From Kudoa neothunni (taxonomy: Eukaryota > Animalia > Cnidaria): 64,000 nt of DNA. The position numbers and the translations under genes are program-made. The notes beneath the pieces were generated by a model that searched no databases, had not been told where the DNA came from, and saw only the letters and a list, made by a program, of their open reading frames with translations. Each line of letters opens with the position of its first letter. Position 1 is the stretch's first letter. Below, piece by piece: positions 12,989 to 26,843 of the stretch. The stretch spans positions 7,458,035-7,522,034 of the forward strand of contig OZ199838.1 of NCBI GenBank assembly GCA_964304625.1. The letters are read 5' to 3'.

Positions 12989-14384
12989 TTTATTATTAGT
13001 CTGAAAACGATAAAAAAATAGAATCAACCTAAGGTGCGTCAGCAATAAAAATATTAATTGTTACTCTTTTTTTGCAATTTCATAAAGGATGTTAATGAGG
13101 TTTTAGTTTTAAGCTGTGAGTGGTAACTTACGTATTCACAATTTCAACGTAATTCCCGATTTATTAATAAATGAAACCTTTATTTTGTAACCAAAATACA
13201 AACTTATTCAAAAATATACAAGGTAAATTATCAAAATACGATTAAATCTAAAAAGTAATGGTGTTTTTGGTTTGAAAAATTACAGTAATACTTAAATATC
13301 AATTAGTTTTCTCGAAGGAGTGCACCTTTTTAAAAATAAACGTGCTATTTGATTGTCCTAAAAAATTCCTTTGTATTGAACTATTCATAGATTAAACAAA
13401 ACTTTGTGAAAATATCGGTTAAATCGAAAAGACCAATAATTTCTTATTAACTTACGTGGAACGTATTGAGAGGAGATTGTAATTTGTGCGAAAGTAATCG
13501 TGAATATCAATTCTTAAACTACGTATAGAATGCGGTGTCACATATTTTCATGCAGCTTTTAGTTCATAATGAATTATTTTTAGCGAAAAGAAAATTATAT
13601 ACTGATCTGAATATTAATCTTAAGGTCTGGGGTAAGGAATAATTAGGTTACTAAGAACTTAAATATTATTTAAAAAATTGTCTCATCAAATATAGAAACT
13701 TATCGAATTAGTTATGTCAGCTGCTTTGCAAGAAAGTTTAGGAAAGCCCAAAAATGAGTAAATACTTATTAAACGACGAATATAGTTTCAATCTTAATCG
13801 TTATTTTTGATAAAAAGAAATTTCCACGTCTCAGGAATTCTAATGGCGCATAATTTTCATTTAAGTTACCATGAGAGTTTTAATATTTAAAAGCTCTACA
13901 CACATTTCATATCGTTTTCAGAATGCCTATAGAGATTCAAATTATGTGTTTTATTTAAAATGATCATAATCTTTTCGCCTAATTATATCCACAACGCTTG
14001 ATAAGTGAAAATACATCCTAGATAATTTGGTTATGCTTAAAATTTTAAGGGAAATGCAACAACTCTTATAAATGTGACGTTAATAGTTTTGTTTGTCTTA
14101 AAATTACTCCGAACAGACATATGTAGTTTTTAGAACATTCTATACCATAATTAAGAGACTCTTTTTCTATATAGTGAGTAAAAGTTCATTTTATTTGGCT
14201 ATCAACCAGAAGTAAACAAGTATCAATATTATGCACGTTCTTAATCTGTTAATATGTGAAGACATCCAGAAAATTCCTTACCTCGGACTGTGTTATTGAC
14301 TATATTTATACTTATAAATAAATGATCGATTTTTATTAATGGTTTTGTCTATTCAAATACAAACTTACAGTTATATTTAAAGAA

Positions 14385-14480
14385 TGTTTATCCGTGGCAC
14401 ATGCGTACTGCTCCAAACTGACACACACGCACGCACACACTGACGGACATGAGAACTTTATTACGTATAATATATATAGG
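14385..14480 (-). mobile_element. Helitron-like 5' end (related to the 11810 element)
   Basis: rc reads CCTATATATATTATACGTAATAAAG...GTGTGTGCGTGCGTGTGTGT...AGTACGCATGTGCCACGGATAA, sharing AGTACGCATGTGC..GGATAA with ~11867. The 3' end was not found. Confidence 0.5.
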
Positions 14481-17211
14481 TGAATTATACTTTTTGTGTA
14501 AATAATTAAACTATTGGTTATGTGTGAAGATATAAATTATTTAAATCTATTTCATTTATCTAATAGGTATGCGACATTAAATTTTTCGATGTCGATTTCG
14601 ACGAATTCAGCTATAAATGTGTTTACCCAGAAAGCCAATATTTACGCCAATAAAACTCCTTGAATCGATTTACACAATTCTTATATAATTCCCCATTATT
14701 TTCTTAATTACATTACGTACGTTAATTTATAGCGTGTTAAATCGCAATATAGTAGTAGCTTTCGCTTCTCATGAGGGAGACTATTGTATTAAATTATTAT
14801 TTGATATTTATCGGTTATACTTCTTTTCTTGATTTAATTTGATTAGCCATTGAGAATGAAAATAACGACCATTGAACAGTTCTCATTTAAGAATTGTGTA
14901 AACCGGTTAAGCACGTAATTTACATTGAGACTATGTCTATCTTATTTCCTTAATATTCAAAAAAATTCTATAATTAAAATAAAACTACCGTTAGTGTAAT
15001 ATTTGTAATGTAAGTAATGTTGTTAGAAAGTTTCGTATAGCTTTCTGCTTACTGTATAGAGCTATTCAATTAATTTATTCGTATTTAATTATTGAATTGT
15101 AGCTCGCATCTATCTCAAAGTTAGTTAAATTTTTTATATTATTTACATTCGTTAAATGATGATGTATCACCGGTCGTTGGTTACAACATCTGATTAAAAT
15201 TGAGAACCTGACTAATTAATCGTTTGTCTAGAATAGTTTACTTTAGGATGAAAGCAATTTAGAGAACATGAAACTAATAAAAATACAAATTAAAGGTGAT
15301 GTAGAATGTTAAATAAAAATTGTATGAGAATGAATGTTCCCAACAATAAAAATATGTGGGAGTCTCGTAATCTCTTGAGGGGTAACGCCGGGGTAGAGAA
15401 AAAAACATACTAGATTTTTTTCGTATTAAAACCCCAGAATTTTAACTTCACAGTGTACAAAAATTTTAAAAAACATCTTAACAGAATATCAATCAAAAAG
15501 GGCTACCTAATCCATATGTTAATCTTTTGAAGTAGTTTTTGGTAACACATTCACTAAGATGATTAAAAAAATTGCAATTGATGTTCTTTAAATCTGACTG
15601 AACGAGAAAACCCGATAAAATGGTATCACACTGTTTCTAGCAAGCAAAAAAAGATACTAAGGGTTGCCATAATAATCCAATTTTAATCCTTAAAACAAAA
15701 CTTGTGTCAGATTTGAATGAATCTTGTTTACGTTCATACATGCTAGTCAAATTAATAATCCAAAGATTTTATCAAGGTGGTATTGTCATTTAATTTATCC
15801 GGATATCGGCGTTTATATTACCAGATAAAGATTAGATACAGTTTTCAAAAATTAGCAATCACGAATATGTTTTCAAACTATTAAAATACCAGATGCCAAC
15901 ATATTTGATTTCAATATATGGATGAATACGTTTGAATGACTTCTAAATAAAAATGCGATAAATAATTTACATTCAGTTATATATTTGGAAATTATAAAAA
16001 ACCCAAAACAGACTGTTTAAAATAGATTATATACCCAAAAATCCACAAAAATTATTTTTAATCCAACAAATTATTTTCAATTTAAAGTACAACGACATTC
16101 TAACCCTGTTTATAAATAAACACTACGATTGGTGGGAAAATTTATTTATTTATGACCGGTTTATTTTCACAGGGTCCAGGGAGATTGTCTTCCCGCATGG
16201 GAATTTTCATCACGCATGCTTCAAATTGTTGATTGTCAATGTTGTTTGTACAACATTAATGTCACAATTACTATTGCTGCAGATTTACAGAATAATCCTA
16301 TCGACTAGATAAAATTCATAGAATATAATATATAGGGTATCGAGGGGAGTTAATCACTGATTTCAGAGGTGATTACACAGCGGAAGTAAAAAATTAGCGA
16401 ATATAACCACAAGATTAAATGAATTTTTGATGAGTAAAATGATTAAATATGTGTAGACGTTTTATTTGTTTTAATAAAATTACTAAAAGAAATCCCAACT
16501 AGATAATAAGTAATTAGTCTATGTAATACCATTGTTAGGAGAATGTATTATCTCATATTTGCCATAGATCAACAAAGATTTATTCTCCTGGGCGAGAAAT
16601 ACATGCGTTGGATTGTGTGAAATAGGTTTGATTTGATAATATTATCTGTATATGGGTAGTCAGAGATAAATTGTGTTATCGGCAAATAGATAGGAGATAG
16701 TTGTGCGAATACTGCTGCCGGTGTTGATCCATTGGTTGGGTAGCAGGAGTGTTGTTAGTGTAGGAGCGTTCGCTCTATCTCATCAATAGTTAATATGGTT
16801 ATTGATATAACTAAAGGCGGTCGACTGTACAACCTACCTGCTGTGTTAAGGTTAACCAATATCCAACAATTCCAATTATTTAAATGAATAATAGAATATT
16901 ATCGAGAATAACTTATAAATTATTCATGTGATAGCGAAACTAAAATATAAGCTAATCAATTAAGAGCTTTAATCCACCTTCAAAATAATATTGAGGTGTG
17001 TGAAATAATTTTTTTGTGGTACAATTAGTGTTTACTTTCGCATAACAGTTGATTTTGGAGACTATATTGTGGTGTAATACCGAAGATATTAAAATCATAA
17101 TAAACTTTTTATAATAAGTGGTTAATCGAATATTATTCAAGAGTTATAATCCTCAAAATCAGCGACAAAATCTCTAGTTATTACATGCTTAGGAGTGGTA
17201 GCGACACACTA

Positions 17212-18368
17212 ATGGTTTCAACAAATCATGCAACAAATCAATCCAAATCAAAAAATAACGCCATCGGTAGCAACTCTTCCAAATCTAGTGGTAAAGAACA
17301 ACTAATTGTCTAGCAATGATTTGGCAATTTTTTATTTTAGAAAGTCTAAGTCTGACCCCTAAAGCTGTGACCAAAAGTGTTTCCACCCAATCTACATCAT
17401 CTTGCAACAATACAACATCATCTTCATCCTCCTCATCGTCGTCGTCTTCTGCATCGATATCTTCTGTTAAAAACAGTACCAAAAGCAAAACCAAGTCAAA
17501 CGGTACACATCACTACACAAGATCCAATGGTGATTCACCCAACAGCTCAAATAAATCCTCCAGCAAAGAAACTAACGTTGATGAAACCGCCACCTCAACT
17601 CATCCCATTTTTAGACCTTCATTCAACGCTGCAACTACTCCCCCATTCAAACGTTACAAAACTAGTTACATCACTGAAAATGAAAAGGACGCCCAAACTA
17701 TAAAATATAACACTCCTTCCAGAATTCATCATAATATTTATCCTGCGTTAGGGAATGTTTCGCATTTCTCACAGCCAGCATTTCCACTTCCTCATCATCC
17801 AAGTGCTTTACCAGCTCGACCAAATTATGACCGATCGTCTCAATGCTATACTGATAAACCCACCGAAGGTAGACCAATTGACGATGTTACTCCGTTCCAT
17901 CATCAATATTACGGCAACAATGCGGACGATAATTATAGTAGTACATTTCATGGTTTCGCTATGGGGCCCTTATCTAGAAAAGCACCCAATGATATAGAGT
18001 ATCAATTTCACAACTACACCAAACCGATTCCTATTCGTTTTTGTGTATGCTTTGTACAGGGCCAGTATTGCTCACCTTGCCACATTGTCCATATGATTAT
18101 GCATAAATATAACTTTCCATGTGGTACAAAAAACTGCGAATATGACGAAAATTTAAATGATGGCACTGTTCAGAATGAACAACCCACGTCATATCCTGTC
18201 TACAATCATCATCAACCTTCTGAATATTCCTGTAATCCCTCGTATATTCATCAGTCGAATAGTTATTACTCGATGCAACCACCCCCCTTTTCATCAAACC
18301 CCAGTGATTATTATAGTAATTACGTTCACGAAAATTATTACTCTAGCCAATCCAAACTAGCCCCGTAA
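17212..18368 (+). CDS. Orphan protein (~368 aa), Ser/Thr-rich N-terminus, Cys/His cluster, Tyr/Pro/Ser-rich C-terminus
   Basis: Exon 1 17212-17290, 50-nt GT-AG intron 17291-17340, exon 2 17341-18368 in frame. A 350-codon open frame in AT-rich DNA; AATAAA at ~18611 and ~18621. Confidence 0.75.
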
Positions 18369-18808
18369 CGTGACCCTACCAGGTTAATCTACACAAATGA
18401 GGACTCAATGACTACCTATCACTTGTAAACTTTATCTTTTTTCATCATTTTCCCAAACAAATTCTACATTAACTACATGATTTTTCAATTCTTGCATTCT
18501 TTTTTCTTACTGATTTTTGTGTGTAAATATATTTCTTATCAAACGCGCTCTTTTTTTGAGATTATTCCAAGAGTTATGTTCAGGATTTATTCTGCAGTAT
18601 AAAGTAGATTCAATAAAACAAATAAAACTAACTAGTTTGTTATTTATAAATTAAGGCACCATCGTATTACTTAGAAAATAAGAAATACCTTTATAATAAG
18701 ACCTAATGCAATATTTTTCTGTGTAATAGATAAGACTTATCCCAAAAATAAGCCCCAGTAATCGCTTCCGTATTAAAAATACCATTTTTTCTTAAAAATA
18801 AGATTTAA

Positions 18809-19370
18809 CGGTTAAAATGCAGAATAGTGGCCATATTTCCCGAATAAAGATTATAATTAGTTCAGAGATTAATCACGAATTTTTTAAATCAAATTAGTGT
18901 GATATTGTTAGACAATTTAATGGTACTAATGTCTGAATTTCACTCAATAAATTATTTTTTATATTAAAGTTACGCACTTGCTACAATTAATTAGCTATCG
19001 CTTTTATAAAATATGAAATTCTTATTCTTATAGAAAAGGGATTGATACGGTAGACAATCGCTAAGGTTATATGGTGATAATCCATCAAAATCAGAGTTTT
19101 CCGACCTCAATTTTAGAATACATGAAGCATGCTTTACTCTAACCTGCTTAATTGGTGGTACATTCTGTTGAAATAATCGCAAGGAGCTAGGAGTTCAACA
19201 TATAATAGATTACACCAACTATTATTGTGATGACAAATAGCTGTTGTCAAAGTTGTCCTATTGGGGATGCGATCGATATTGATAAATACTCAATAATAAA
19301 ATATTCAACACGTTTGTTTTTGTCTGTTGTCGCTGATTTAGACTACGACCACTATTCTGCAATTTAACCT
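18809..19370. mobile_element. MITE with TTAA TSD (Kolobok-like termini), copy 1
   Basis: TIRs (C/A)GGTTAAA(A/T)TGCAGAATAGTGG, TTAA on both sides (18805-18808, 19371-19374). Near-identical inverted copy at 26844-27396. Confidence 0.8.
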
Positions 19371-19665
19371 TTAATTTTGTAAAAATGTGCCTAGTTCTCA
19401 CTTAAATTTGGTATCATTATGCGAATATATTTTGATGAGTTTATGATTATTGTTATAGTTTACAAAGAGTTGAATCCTTAGGTAATCATCCATGAAATTT
19501 CAGTCATACTTATCACTGAATCGTTAGTCGTAGTCCATCAAGTTTCTGTATTAGCATACTCCTGATATCCTTTTTATTGTAGTTTGTTATCTGTAACTAG
19601 TAGTCGTATGTCATTCCGGCTTCTAAAGCCACTATTAAATGGCGACTATAAGGAAATGTCCATAA

Positions 19666-20077
19666 CAGGGATGAACAAACTACGGCCTCTGAGAGGTTCA
19701 AATGAGACCCACGAGCTCATTTATTGCAACTCTCTATAGCGAATAGATACTCACTGAATAAATGTACCAATACAACTAAATACTATATAGGTTATCAGTG
19801 GTTTATCAGAGTTGCCGCTTTCCTGTTTAATGTACGCGTAGTATTGTTACACTCTCAGCCAAATTTTTTATTACTTAATATTCATGATATATTTTAATCT
19901 CAGTGTGTGAAAAAGATTTTCTCAAGTGATGTCTCCCATTCGATTTGAAATAAATTAAAATAAAAAATTATTTTTCTATGTGCATTCTAACGGTAGCACA
20001 AAAGGTTATTTTTGAATGTTGTGTCCCCTTAACATATCTCCACGCGGACCTCGGATAAAAAAGTTTTGCCACCGTTG
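19666..20077. mobile_element. hAT-type MITE
   Basis: Ends CAGGGATGAACAAACT and rc CAACGGTGGCAAAACT. 8-bp TSD GTCCATAA / GTCTATAA. Confidence 0.6.
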
Positions 20078-23069
20078 GTCTATAAGTAACTGCCATTTTA
20101 GCCTCCATGTGTGTAGTTTGGATGATGGTTACAAATTCTAAGTCGCACAAGTGTGTTATGCATTTAAAGCATCGCTCTTGATTCTAAATTAGACTTGCAC
20201 CCCCTAATGTAACTGACGTAGTTGTGCACAAGCGTTGAAATTCTACTTTTGAAAACTATCAGAAACCATAAATAAATATACATATATATATTATCGTGTA
20301 TAATTTTTATAAAAAATTAAAAAGTTCTTAAGTGAAAAATATAACACTGATATTGAATTATTTAGTGTTCCTTGCGGGCCACGTAATTGTTAATTGAGGG
20401 CTTGAGTATGAACTAAGTAAAGTCTATTACTTTTTATCATAAGAAATTATTGTAAATTATAATTACATTTTTTAATCGTTTTTAATGACTTTTCCTATAT
20501 AATTAAATAATTTGGATACAATTTTAAATGATACTTTAGATGAAATAATTTAAAAAAATTATTTCTTACAACAAATTCTCTACAACCTATTTATATAAGT
20601 TAATTTATTTTATCGCACTTATTTTAGAATTGATCACTCTAAAATAACAATATAATAATTAAAAATTTATGCCATTTTAGTAATATTTACATGAAATTAT
20701 CGATCGATTGGTTAGCAAGGAATTGAGTAAAATATATCCACACACAGTTATTTCAAAGCTTACGATAGAAAAAGTTCCCCTACATCACTGCATTGAGTCA
20801 CGGCTGTTTCTCTTACTTATTGTGAAAGATTTTGTTTTAAATAAATCCAAATACTCCCCTTGAAATTTCATTTTTCTACGTACATTCTCTGTTGATAAAT
20901 AGATGTCAGTAGATTCATTCTAAGTTAACCATAGTAAATGAGTGTTTAAAGATTTGGTCTCTTCAAATGAAGTTTTGTAGTTTTTTCATATTTAATACAG
21001 GATATGTATCTATTTTGATTAGAAGACTATAGGATATTATTATGTTTAATGTTTATTTTTACATTCACTGAAGTTTTTATCTGTTAATTATGTTAGGTTC
21101 AAACTTTTATTCGTTATTTATGAAAATAATTATCTTTAATTCGAATTATTACTCATCCATTAAGTAATTTACCACTATTTATTATTTTTTAAAATTTTAA
21201 TTAAAACATTCAAAATATCATTCAATTATTTTGAAATCTTTATATATTCTGGGAGTTCAGAGTTTATTTTACAACTCAAATTTATACTTTTGCTCATTTA
21301 ATCATATGTTATAGGCATCAGTCGTTTCAAGTGAGATTTTGGTTCGTGACGATGGAAATTTTATTTGGTGAACTCTTCCTATAGAATCTATAAATATAAT
21401 CATATTGTCAGGTTTTTATTAATTTTGTTGTAATGGATATGATAAAAAATTTCTCGTATAAATAACGGATCTATTGGGATTAAAAATAAAATTAAAACAG
21501 AACTTTAGTATAATTCTAAATTAATTTCTAACAATCCTATAAAATATGCATTAGGTTTATGACGAAATCATTTCCCAGTGAAAGACCAAAACACACTTCT
21601 GAGTTATAGATTTTCAAACGCCATTTTTAGTTTATAATGCATCAATAACTTAACTGATTTCTAAACCTTCTACTTCGAAGATAGTAAATTTAATTCCTTT
21701 TATGACCAGTTGTCTGACAATAGGCCTAAATTTGGGAAAGAGGAACAGGTGTACAATATTTCAATAGGTATTATGAACTTTAGTTTGAAAGAAATTACCA
21801 TCTTCAGTTAGAGTTTTTATGTATGCATATCAATTGGCACAATATCTGAACTGTTATATTGGTCGCTATGTTACTATTGAGCTAGATTGTAATTTCAGAA
21901 GTTGTCCCCTTGATTGAGTCTGCTTAAATTTGATATTCATTAGGGTATATATGCGTTTAATTATAGTTGAATACCGACATTTGTAATCTCTCGAGAGAGC
22001 TAAAGTGTAGGCAGTACCTGAAGAACATCTCATATATAATCCTCACATCACTATGGAGTACAATTGGGGATTTCGTTATCGATTTTTGCTGTGTTGGTAT
22101 AGCTTAAAATGGCTGAATTTTCGGTGTTAATTGTGTAATAAGGTTATTGAATCAGTATGGGGAGAATGAGTTAGTATCAATCATTGATTGAGGACATATA
22201 CTGATAGCTTTGGAAATTGATTGGCTGTGGCCCAATGACTCAAACGCTTAGTGGTTACCTCGAGGGGCGATTCTCGATGTGTTTACTATTATGAATCAAA
22301 TCAATGGCTTAACACCTTATAGGACACATAGACCATAGCAACGTATTGCGTCAATTGACGCTTCCGATAAAGAACGTTTACAAGTTTAGAAGATTGTGGA
22401 TTTTACAAGTTGTCATTCTTAGGTTTTATATTTTATATACCCGGAAATATTTGGAGATAAAGTCCATAAAGACAACACTTAATTGGAACACCAGAAAAGT
22501 ACATTTTTATATTGAGCGGTAGCATATAGACAGTTAACATTTTACTCAAACCTTTAATCATAGATTATTTATGGTAAACGTATTTCTGTTGTTGTTCGTA
22601 GAAGCAGAATAGTAACAAAACTTGATTGGATTAAACTTTAGATTTTTAATTCATAAAAACACTAGAAAATAATTGACGTTTATTCGGATAAGACAAAAAA
22701 TCAATTAAATTAATAAAACAATTATTTATATTTTTATATCCTTTCAAAAATTTATTGTTTATTACAAAATTGGAATTATTAAGAAGGCTAATTGAAACAT
22801 GTTACCGATAAACATAAATAATCACATACATTAATGTCTCCAAGTGGCTGTGTAATTTAAAACTCGTTTAATATTGACACTAGAGTTACAATTAATCACT
22901 TTAATCTTGTCATTATACTCTACTTCTGGATTTCATTTGAATAATCTAATTGTTTTCTATCTCCTAAACTACATTATTTGTTATTCTGGTGTGCGTTGGA
23001 TTGTTATAATTCCAAACTGTAGCTTCTGCTGTCGACACGTATATATTGCATTTCGACTCAAACTCAAAA

Positions 23070-25306
23070 ATGCCGGCCAACCATAATAATACACCAAATT
23101 CTGAAAATGTTTTCGTTGAAGGTAAATTTTTGGTTGTTTAGTGTTTTCTATTTGGCCAACTATTAGATTCATTAGGCTTTTTAAATGACAGTACACACAT
23201 AAAACTTGACTCCAATGTTGAACCCACTTTAGGTTCGAATAATCTTGTTTCAAGAACAACAGAATTGTGGCAGAATGCTAATGACAAAATGAAAAAGTTG
23301 CTTGAAAACAGAAAAGATTTGTCTTCAAGTGTGCTCGATGAAATCACCCCACCTGGTAATAGACTTCCACACAAAAGTTTCTCTTCCAACAATCAGCTCA
23401 ACTACAATAATGATAACAATTATTCGGCTGTTTCGGACGTTAGAATGGGATTTCTAAACACCAGTTATTTCTATAATGAAGCGTGTGACCACACACCTAT
23501 AAATGGAAACAGACCAGAACATTCAAATATTGCTCAACTAAGACAATCCCCGCCAAACATGTCTCCTTCGAGCACTCCCTCCAAAACAGTCACTATATCC
23601 CACAACAATTCTAGCACAGCTAAAACCCCCCAAAAAAACAACTTCGAAGCATTTTACGATACGAATATGTTGCATCCACCAAACGATTCACTTTATCACG
23701 ATTCATGGCGATATAGTTATCCTATGGGATCGAACAATACTTCATACAAGCCAACAATCACCCCGCCAAATTCGATTGATGAACACGTATCAATGCTGGG
23801 AGAGAGTTTCAGTAAAATGTCAACAGGTTTAAATATGACTACAGATGATATGAATTATTACGGAAATTTCTGTGCCAAAGATAATTTACCGAATAGTTTA
23901 CCTGTAGTAGGTGTAGGTGTCTCAAAACTACCACATCCTTCATTTGCACCGCCGATAACCGCCAATTCCAACAGACAACAACTATCCTACGGTTCTCATA
24001 ATAATGACATCAGTGCTGAGATTTCCTCCAAATTCCATGACAATAGAACCTCTGCACATGATCTTCAACATTATCCTCATTCAAATGATCTCTATCATGT
24101 AAGACCGATGTATGAATTTCACAGGACGGAAAACTCCAATACAAACACTTCAGCTGGGTGTGTAGCTCCCAACAGTAACAAGCCATATGTATCATGGATG
24201 GGAAAGTTGACGGTAAAAAGTCACCCAGATCCTATATACAGCAATAAAGTGTTTCTTGGCGGTCTACCATGGGATATTACTGAACAAGGCCTGTATGTTG
24301 TTTTCAAACAATTTGGACCATGCACATTTGAATGGCCAGGCAAAGACAATCGTTCTACTCGGCATCCTCCAAAGGGATATGTTTATTTGATCTTTGAGAA
24401 TGAGCGCTCCGTTAAAACTCTATTACAATACTGCCATCATGATGAACAACGAACACAATTCTACTTCAAACTCAAAACTCACACCACTAACAACGAAAAG
24501 TCCATCCAAATTATACCGTGGAACTTGGCTAATAGCAGCTATCTAAAGTGTTCATCGGAAAGACTTGATATTACAAAAACTGTCTTTGTTGGCGGTCTCC
24601 ATGGAAAAATTACTGCGGGTAAATTTAATCGTCAAAATTACAACTCAATGTCATGTAGAGAATTTGGCAGTGGTTTTCGAGGAGCTATTCGGCCATGTAA
24701 TCTATGCTGGCATAGACACTGACAAGAACAAATATCCCATAGGTAGTATTCCTCTACGCATATGCAAACCGACAGAATTAATTGATTATTTACTAATTTA
24801 CCTTTATAGGATCGGGTAGAGTCACCTTTGACAATTTTGAAAGTTACAGAAACGCAATTCAAGCTTCTTTTGTTCAAATCAATGGAAAAAATTTCTGTAA
24901 AAAAGTTCAAATCGATCCATACCTTGAAGATTCTATTTGTCAACTGTGCACACAAAAGAATGGACCGTTTTTCTGTAAAGATTTTGATTGCCTCCAATAC
25001 TTCTGCAAAGATTGTTGGATCGTAAAACATTGTAACCCAGAAAATCCCCAAATGATCAACCATCGACCAATCAATAGGCAAAATTCATCCGATATCTTTG
25101 AAATTTTGAATTCGATTCAATATTATTCACAAATGTCCACTTCTAAGGTCACCGCAAATGGCAGTCAACCTTCGCTATCAGCCAAACCCAACATCTGCAT
25201 CCAAAATTGCCTCAGCAACAACCGTTGCTCGGACGGCACCGAAAAAAGTTCCTGCGATTTAAATAAAACTAGCTCGAATCCTCCAGATGGTAGCACTTCA
25301 ACGTAG
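23070..25306 (+). CDS. CPEB1: Cytoplasmic polyadenylation element-binding protein, CPEB1/Orb subfamily (~691 aa)
   Basis: Exons 23070-23121, 23176-24618, 24659-24742 and 24810-25306 join in frame. RRM1 [19 protein letters not shown]...KGYVYLIFE; RRM2 [10 protein letters not shown]...[20 protein letters not shown]; [12 protein letters not shown] followed by a ZZ-type Cys/His finger. Confidence 0.95.
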
Positions 25307-25734
25307 ATTTTTGCGTCTTATTACGTATATGTTCTTGAATGGTCTTTGTGCTCAAGATATACATTTTTTCGTCTCATTTTTCATCGTTAATCATTCGATC
25401 TATTTAATTTATATTTAGACAACTATAAGTTGTGTTTGACAAATTTCATATAATAATTATTATTCATATTATATACTAATTTCACACACATTTCCTTATT
25501 CTCGTTATAGTTGCAATATTTTGTGTTGTTTTAACAAATTTATTTTCTCTTGCGCATTTCAGTCCATAGTGTTATAGTTCCTTAATGCGGCAGCAAATAG
25601 ACACACGGTTTATCAAATCGAGAGAGGGGGATGCGCGATACCGCTATCTACTGTGTTAATCTAGAATATGACACAGAAGATTTTTCTGTAATTTATTATT
25701 GAAAGTATAATTTCAAAAACGCATTATAAACAAA

Positions 25735-26165
25735 TTATTTATCTGCAACATAAAGTAGTTGGTGCAGTTTATTAGGTTATAAAATTTTGGCTGACAATGC
25801 AAATTCCATCAACGCTGTGAGAAACGCAGAGAGTAACATTAACTCGTCATTTTATCGTCCTGCAGTAATGTGGGAGTTAAACTCATGAAACATTCCAAGC
25901 GCTATACTCTAAAGTTAAATAGTGTTGGTTCTGTGGGGCTCGCAAGATTATGATCATTCGTTACGACCCGATCCTTCCCTAATGGAAGGAACTGTAACTG
26001 CAGGTGCGTCATACACGTCGGTGAGTATACAGTATAGTAACAACTTTCATTCAGGAATAGAGACTCACTTCACGGAAATAATGTCTTAAGGGGTTTGCGC
26101 CTGAACTCGCAACCTCCCGAATCTAAGGTTAATGGTCAGACCATCGTCAGTGCCTTTACCGAGAC
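25735..26165 (-). mobile_element. tRNA-derived SINE, copy B (degenerate)
   Basis: Degenerate B-box (GAGTTCAG). Body homologous to the 34225-34615 copy; 3' part homologous to copy A (CTGCG..CACAGCGT...AACCTAA.AA.TGCACCAA). Confidence 0.6.
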
Positions 26166-26191
26166 AGGATTTGAATACGTTGTAGTGCCTG

Positions 26192-26683
26192 AACAATATG
26201 GCATAGTGGTGTTAGGTGTGGCTCTCATACCACAAGGTTGTGAGATCGAGGTCTAGTCCGGACGTTCCTGTATTCCTAATTTCAAATTGAGTAAGAAGGT
26301 TGTAATAATCGCAGAGATCAACGATTTATCGTGGTCTTGCTTGCAGCTGGGAGGAGAGCCTGGCGGAAGGGTAGCCCTTGGGCGCTTACAAACGTTGGGT
26401 GCGGGGGCGAAATAAAACCCAATATGGGGTTTCCGTAGGGTCGACACCCGTGTCCAGACGACTTTCCCAGACTAATTCTGGGTTAGTCCAAGGTATGATT
26501 AGGGATATGGTTGCTCCAAAACGAGGGTGTTTAGTGGGTTAAAATCCTACACTACCGCGTAAACGTAAGTCGTCTTAACATGACGCTGCGATGCCCACAG
26601 CGTAAATGAAGACGGCCTAACCAGCCCTCCAACTTTACAACCTAACAAGTTGCACCAAGGGTTTGATCTCGTATACAAAAAAA
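26192..26683 (+). mobile_element. tRNA(Met-like)-derived SINE, copy A
   Basis: A-box TGGCATAGTGG at 26199-26209, anticodon-like CTCATA, then AAGGTTGTGAGATCGA B-box region. GC-rich body with GAGGGTGTTTAGTGGGTTAAAATCCTACACTACCGC; A-tail at 26677-26683. Confidence 0.7.
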
Positions 26684-26843
26684 GATATTTTAAAAAATCT
26701 TGATCAAAAGTTTGCGAAAGAAAGATGAAAAGTTCTTACACTGTTAAATCAATAATACAAACAAAATAGATAATTTTTTCGTTATAAAATTTAAAATCTA
26801 CTTATATAGCGCAAGTGCAAAACTTGATATTGGGCAGTGATTT

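Noticed and set aside
16600-16860. Possible LINE RT relic (SYLFADNTIYL, minus strand)
   Set aside because: A single short motif with no flanking RT similarity recognisable.
21300-22400. Possible gag/protease relic on the minus strand (AYCQTTGHKRN zinc-knuckle-like)
   Set aside because: Only a partial motif amid many stops; no LTR or supporting domains.
26192-26265. Functional tRNA-Met gene
   Set aside because: Acceptor and T stems do not pair, and it continues into a repeated SINE body.
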